DNA of 27,096 nt from a virus (Duplodnaviria; Caudoviricetes), in the IMG/VR virus record IMGVR_UViG_3300011102_000556, positions 1 through 27,096 of that record. One strand, 5' to 3'. Shown here in pieces: positions 22,944 through 27,096 of this stretch. Below the pieces are notes generated by a model, which did not search any database, was not told the DNA's origin, and saw only the letters and a program-made list of their open reading frames with translations. The position numbers were made by a program, and so were the translations under genes. How positions within the stretch are numbered: the first letter of the stretch is position 1; each line of letters begins with the position of its first letter.

Positions 22944-25904
22944 ATGGTCGCGCTACGGAACAACGCCGAGGGCGGCGCCCTCGGCGCCGACGTTACGCCC
23001 GCTAACTCAGGCGGGGCGTCCGGCGACGCATGGGACGACGTCATTACCGGCGGCGCCGGCGGCATCACGTACGACGACACGCACGCCCGCGGCACGCTCT
23101 CATACCGCATCGTTGGCGACGCTACCTCGAGCATCTTCCTGCGCTGGGACCCGTCGCTAGGCAGCGTGCCCGAGCTCTACGGGCGGGCGTACGTGTGGCT
23201 CGACGCCATCCCGCCGACGCAGTTCGCGTTTCTGTGGGTGCGGTCGAGCGGCGCCCAGGTGACCCGACTGCGGGTCGCGCCAAGCGGCTTGCTCGAGGTA
23301 CAGGACGGGTCGAATACCGTCGTCGCGACCTCGACAGCCACCATCGCGACCGGGCAATGGGTGCGCGTTGAGTGGCACATCGTCGCCCTGGCCGTGGGCG
23401 GCTCCGTCGAGGTCCGGCTCTACCAGAGCGACCCGGACGGCACTACGCCCGACGACGTCATCATGGTCGGCGCGGCACTCGCCGACGACATCACGCGCGT
23501 CGATCTCGGCCGCATCGCACAGGCCGACCCCAACGTCTTTTGGGCTGACGACATCGGCGTCGACACCGATGGATGGCTCGGGCCGGCGACGACGCCGGGC
23601 GGCACGGGCAGCATCACGGCGGCCGTCGACGTGTCCGGCGACGGGCGTAAGCACGGCGCCGGTAGCAGCGCGGTCGGCGCCGCCGCGCTGGTCGAGGGCG
23701 GCGCCGGCGCCAAGGTGGCCGGCGGGCTCGGCAGCATCACGGCGGCTGCGGCCGTCGAGGGCGACGGCGGACCCGCCGACCCGCCCACCTTCCCCGAGGC
23801 GCCGCTCGGCGTACGCGTCGAGCTCGGCATCGGCGGCACGTGGGTGGACGTCACGGGTGATGTGCTGTTGCGAGACGGCATCACGATCACGCGCGGCCGG
23901 AGTGACGAGGGCGCCCAGGGCGACCAGTGCGCATTGACGCTGCGGAACGTCGGCGGCAAGTACAGTCCGCGTAATCCCTATTCGCCGTATTACGGCCGGT
24001 TGCGCCCCAACCGGCCGTTGCGTGTGCTGGTCGAACACGACGGCGCATGGCATACCCGATTTGTTGGCGAGGTCTCCGAGTGGCCGCCCAAATGGCGGCC
24101 GGGCGCGCACCAGATCAGGACTCCTATCACGGCGTCCGGCATCCTGCGTCGCCTGCGCCAGGGGGCGGCGCCGCTCCGGTCGGCGCTCTATCGGCGCATC
24201 GCCGGCGTTACACCCCGGTTCCTGGCCTGGTGGCCGTTGGAGGACGGCGACCAGGCGCAGCAGGCGGCGCCCGGGTACCCGGATCTACCGCCCATGCGGG
24301 CGAGCGGCGAAGTGCAGTTCGGCGCTGAGGCGGCCGGCGGCATCGCCGCGGCCGTTTCGGTCGGCGACTCGAACGGCCGGATATCGGCGGCCGTTCCGCG
24401 CGGCGCCGCGCAGTGGGCCGTGTCCATGTGCTTGATCCCGCCCGACCAGTGGGAGCAGGAAACCGTTACGCCCATTTGGCATTGGACTACGCAGGGCGGC
24501 GGGACCGCGGTGGGCTGGAGTTGGTACGCCGCGCCGCTGCCGACCGGCGAAATCCTTGCCGTGCTTGAGGCGGTCGACCGTAGCGGCACGATCGTGCTCC
24601 AGCCTACGCCGTCGTGGGATATCGCCCCGTATCTGGTCGACGGGGCGCCGATTCACCTCGCTGTCGGCCTGCGCCAAATCGGCGCAAATGTTGAGCTGCA
24701 TTTCGCCGTGAACGGCACGGAGATTGGGGCGCCAACAGTGTGGGCGGACACGGCCGCCCCTATCGACTCCGTGCACGTCCACGCGGATTTGTCCGAGGAC
24801 TTTCGGGGCGTCGGCGCGGTCGCTCACATCCTCGTCGGCGCATACGCCCGATGGTCCGAGCTGCTCGAGCTCGCCGAGGCGGCGTACGGGTACGCCGGCG
24901 AGCTGGCGCTCGCGCGCGCGCAGCGCATCGCCGCCGAGGAGGGCATCCCGTTGACGGCGATCGGCAGCGTGTCCGAGCCGGTCGGGCCGCAGACGGTCGC
25001 CACAGCGGCCGATCTGATCGCCGAGGCGGTCGCCGCTGACGGCGGCACGCTGTATGAGCGGCTCGACTCGCCCGGCCTGGTAGCACGGGCTAGGGCAGAG
25101 GACTACAACGCCGAGCCGTCGCTGACGCTGTCGTATGCGGCCGGCGAGATCGCCCCTGATCTCGAGCTGGTCGACGACGACCAGGCGCTACGCAACGACA
25201 TCACCGTGAGCCGCCCGGGCGGCTCCAGCGCGCGGGCCGTGCTGGAGTCCGGGCCGCTGTCCGTGCAGGCGCCGCCGGCGGGCGTCGGCCGATACGACGA
25301 GCAGGTCGAGCTTGCCCTGTACTCGGATGCCCAGCTATCGGACGCCGCCGGGTGGCTGCTGCATCTGGGCACGGTCGACGAGTCGCGGTATCCGACTGTG
25401 CGCGTCGATCTACGGGATGACCCACATCTGATAGCCGATGTGCTCGCGCTCGATATCCGGCACCGGATACGGCTTACCGATCTCCCTCCTTTTCTGCCGC
25501 CCGGTCCGGTCGACTTGCTCGTCGAGGGATACGTCGAGCGCATCGGCCTACTGACGTGGGACATCGAATACACGTGCGTTCCGGCGTCGCCGTGGGATGT
25601 GGCGACGGCCGACGACCCCGTATTCGGCCGCGTCGGCACGGACGGCGCACAGCTCGCCGCTGATGTCGGACCGGACGAGACGATGCTTCTCGTCACGACG
25701 ACCGCCGGGCCGTTGTGGACGACCGACGCCGGCGATTTCCCGTTCAGGATTGAGCTCGGCGGCGAAGTGGCGACCGTCGTTTCGGTCTCCGGCAACAGCG
25801 CGCCGCAGACATTCACCGTGTCCCGCGCGACGAACGGTGTTCGCAAAGCGCACGCCGCGGGCACTGAGATCCGACTCGCACGCCCCGCTTTCGTGGCCTG
25901 GTAG
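22944..25904 (+). CDS. Large minor tail protein (lectin-like N-terminal domain, distal tail/hub and LamG-like regions), 986 aa
   Basis: Beta-sandwich N-terminus (GQWVRVEWH, FWADDI), Gly/Ala linker, then VRVELGIGGTWVDVT..ITITRGRSDE, AWWPLED, LRNDITVSRPGG, and C-terminal TFTVSRATNGVRKAH. Confidence 0.85.
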   Translation: MVALRNNAEGGALGADVTPANSGGASGDAWDDVITGGAGGITYDDTHARGTLSYRIVGDATSSIFLRWDPSLGSVPELYGRAYVWLDAIPPTQFAFLWVRSSGAQVTRLRVAPSGLLEVQDGSNTVVATSTATIATGQWVRVEWHIVALAVGGSVEVRLYQSDPDGTTPDDVIMVGAALADDITRVDLGRIAQADPNVFWADDIGVDTDGWLGPATTPGGTGSITAAVDVSGDGRKHGAGSSAVGAAALVEGGAGAKVAGGLGSITAAAAVEGDGGPADPPTFPEAPLGVRVELGIGGTWVDVTGDVLLRDGITITRGRSDEGAQGDQCALTLRNVGGKYSPRNPYSPYYGRLRPNRPLRVLVEHDGAWHTRFVGEVSEWPPKWRPGAHQIRTPITASGILRRLRQGAAPLRSALYRRIAGVTPRFLAWWPLEDGDQAQQAAPGYPDLPPMRASGEVQFGAEAAGGIAAAVSVGDSNGRISAAVPRGAAQWAVSMCLIPPDQWEQETVTPIWHWTTQGGGTAVGWSWYAAPLPTGEILAVLEAVDRSGTIVLQPTPSWDIAPYLVDGAPIHLAVGLRQIGANVELHFAVNGTEIGAPTVWADTAAPIDSVHVHADLSEDFRGVGAVAHILVGAYARWSELLELAEAAYGYAGELALARAQRIAAEEGIPLTAIGSVSEPVGPQTVATAADLIAEAVAADGGTLYERLDSPGLVARARAEDYNAEPSLTLSYAAGEIAPDLELVDDDQALRNDITVSRPGGSSARAVLESGPLSVQAPPAGVGRYDEQVELALYSDAQLSDAAGWLLHLGTVDESRYPTVRVDLRDDPHLIADVLALDIRHRIRLTDLPPFLPPGPVDLLVEGYVERIGLLTWDIEYTCVPASPWDVATADDPVFGRVGTDGAQLAADVGPDETMLLVTTTAGPLWTTDAGDFPFRIELGGEVATVVSVSGNSAPQTFTVSRATNGVRKAHAAGTEIRLARPAFVAW

Positions 25905-25913
25905 GAGAGAACA

Positions 25914-26429
25914 TTGCCCTATCCGGTATGGCAGCCGGGCATGCGCATCACGGCGAGCCTGCTCGCCGCGATGCAGCCCATCGAGGCCATCAAAACGGCC
26001 GACCAAGCGGTGACCAATTCGACTACGCTCGTTGACGATAGCGAGCTGTTCGTCCCGGTCACGGGCGGCGCCCGGTACCGAGGACAGTTGGTGCTGTTCT
26101 ATGTCGCTCCCGTTGACCAGGACATCAAATATGCATGGTCCGTGCCGCCCGGGTCGAGCGGCCGGCGCGGCGTCCTCGGCGTAGCCACGAATGAAAGCGG
26201 CACCGCAGTCGGGCAAAGCCTGTTTCAGGATCGCGTGTCGTCCGGATTCGGAACCGAATTTGATCTCGGCGGCATGGGCGGCTCACACAAGATGGCCGTC
26301 GAGCACTTCATTTTGCTGGCTGGCGCAGACGGCGTCATGCAACTGCGGTGGGCGCAGCGCGTCGCCGCCGCCGACACATCGGCGACTGTACTCGCTAACT
26401 CCCACCTGACGCTATGGCGGGTCTCATGA
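25914..26429 (+). CDS. Minor tail protein, 171 aa
   Basis: WQPGMRITASLL, NSTTLVDDSEL, QLRWAQ; TTG start after AGGAG. Confidence 0.8.
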   Translation: MPYPVWQPGMRITASLLAAMQPIEAIKTADQAVTNSTTLVDDSELFVPVTGGARYRGQLVLFYVAPVDQDIKYAWSVPPGSSGRRGVLGVATNESGTAVGQSLFQDRVSSGFGTEFDLGGMGGSHKMAVEHFILLAGADGVMQLRWAQRVAAADTSATVLANSHLTLWRVS

Positions 26430-26749
26430 GCATGCCGCCCGCCCATGAGCCGACTCTCGGGGAGGTCATGCGCACCCTCGCGCGGATCGAGGCTGACCTA
26501 GGCCGTCGGCTCGACGACCTCGCCGACCGGCTCGACAGGTTCGTAACGCACGACGTTTACGCGGCGCACCGGGCGGCGCTCGCCGACCGTATCGCCGCGC
26601 TCGACGACGACCTCGACACGCTACGCGCCGACCTCGCCGCCGAGCAGCGCGAGCGGCGAGCCGACCGACGCGCACTGTGGGGCGCGCTGCTGGCCGCCGC
26701 GCTGGCTCTGGCGGTGGCGGCGCTGTCCGCTGCTCTCGGGATCAAGTAA
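26426..26749 (+). CDS. Coiled-coil protein with C-terminal TM helix (lysis-region membrane protein), 107 aa
   Basis: EPTLGEVMR, coiled coil, hydrophobic ALWGALLAAALALAVAALSAALGI; ATGA overlap. Confidence 0.75.
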   Translation: MSMPPAHEPTLGEVMRTLARIEADLGRRLDDLADRLDRFVTHDVYAAHRAALADRIAALDDDLDTLRADLAAEQRERRADRRALWGALLAAALALAVAALSAALGIK

Positions 26750-26764
26750 AGGGAGGTCCGCCCC

Positions 26765-26938
26765 GTGACCAACGACCGTACCGGCGCCGACGAGTCGGCG
26801 CTCGTCGACCAGGTCGACCAGCACCCCGACACGCATCGCGCGACCGAGCCCGACGAGGGCGACGAGCTGCGCCGCATGTACGGCGAGCCCGGCCCCGAAG
26901 GGTTCTACCGCGGCGACGGCGAGGAGGTGGCCGGCTAA
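26765..26938 (+). CDS. Acidic microprotein coupled to the endolysin, 57 aa (not in the ORF track)
   Basis: SD GGGAGG, GTG start; MTNDRTGADESALVDQVDQHPDTHRATEPDEGDELRRMYGEPGPEGFYRGDGEEVAG; TAATG overlap with the next gene. Confidence 0.68.
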   Translation: MTNDRTGADESALVDQVDQHPDTHRATEPDEGDELRRMYGEPGPEGFYRGDGEEVAG

Positions 26939-27096
26939 TGGGTACCGCTGCGGCGATGCTGGCCGCTGCCCGAGCCGACATCGGGCTGTCCGGCCGCCCC
27001 AACAAGATCACCCGGGATTACGCCTCCCGGAACGGCAACGAGTTCCTGTCCGCCCCGTGGTGCGACATGGCCGTCACCTACTGGGCGCGCAAGAGC
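26938..27096 (+). CDS. Endolysin, N-terminal CHAP-like peptidase (truncated by the window end)
   Basis: SD GAGGAGG; MGTAAAMLAAARADIG...NKITRDY...APWCDMAVTYWA contains the catalytic-Cys PWC pattern. Confidence 0.78.
   Translation, partial: MGTAAAMLAAARADIGLSGRPNKITRDYASRNGNEFLSAPWCDMAVTYWARKS

Larger units (their letters stand above)
1..27096. mobile_element. Temperate siphovirus-like prophage of an actinomycete (partial; att sites and right end lie outside the window)
   Basis: Canonical module order: integrase, repressor/cro, recombination/replication, terminase, portal, capsid, tail, lysis. Genes are densely packed with many ATGA/GTGA overlaps. Confidence 0.97.

Noticed and set aside
22944-26429. 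Diversity-generating retroelement or invertible tail-fibre cassette
   Set aside because: No reverse transcriptase, TR/VR repeat pair, invertase or inverted crossover sites were seen in the window.

Overview
The whole window is the left and central part of a temperate, siphovirus-type prophage of a high-GC actinomycete; the host is inferred from GC-rich codon usage and gene families. From left to right it holds: a large serine integrase and a 2-TM membrane gene (minus strand); a divergent repressor/cro switch with palindromic operators; an early operon (PD-(D/E)XK exonuclease, RecT-like annealase, many small Cys/His proteins, and a replication initiator with an internal iteron array); TerS/TerL, portal, minor capsid, scaffold, major capsid and head-tail connectors; a major tail protein with an IPT/TIG domain; a tail assembly chaperone with a -1 frameshift; tape measure and minor tail proteins; and the start of the lysis cassette (CHAP-like endolysin cut by the window edge). 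No tRNA, rRNA, CRISPR, DGR or recognisable defence system was seen. The most interesting signals are regulatory or architectural: a distal operator copy about 7 kb from the switch, three GCAY-loop hairpins over the scaffold RBS, palindromic iterons, extra Cys clusters in the integrase, two EF-P/KOW-like small proteins, an apparently split Zn-ribbon/HTH regulator, and a lectin-like module grafted onto the tail hub. All family calls come from motif recognition and synteny; no database search was run.
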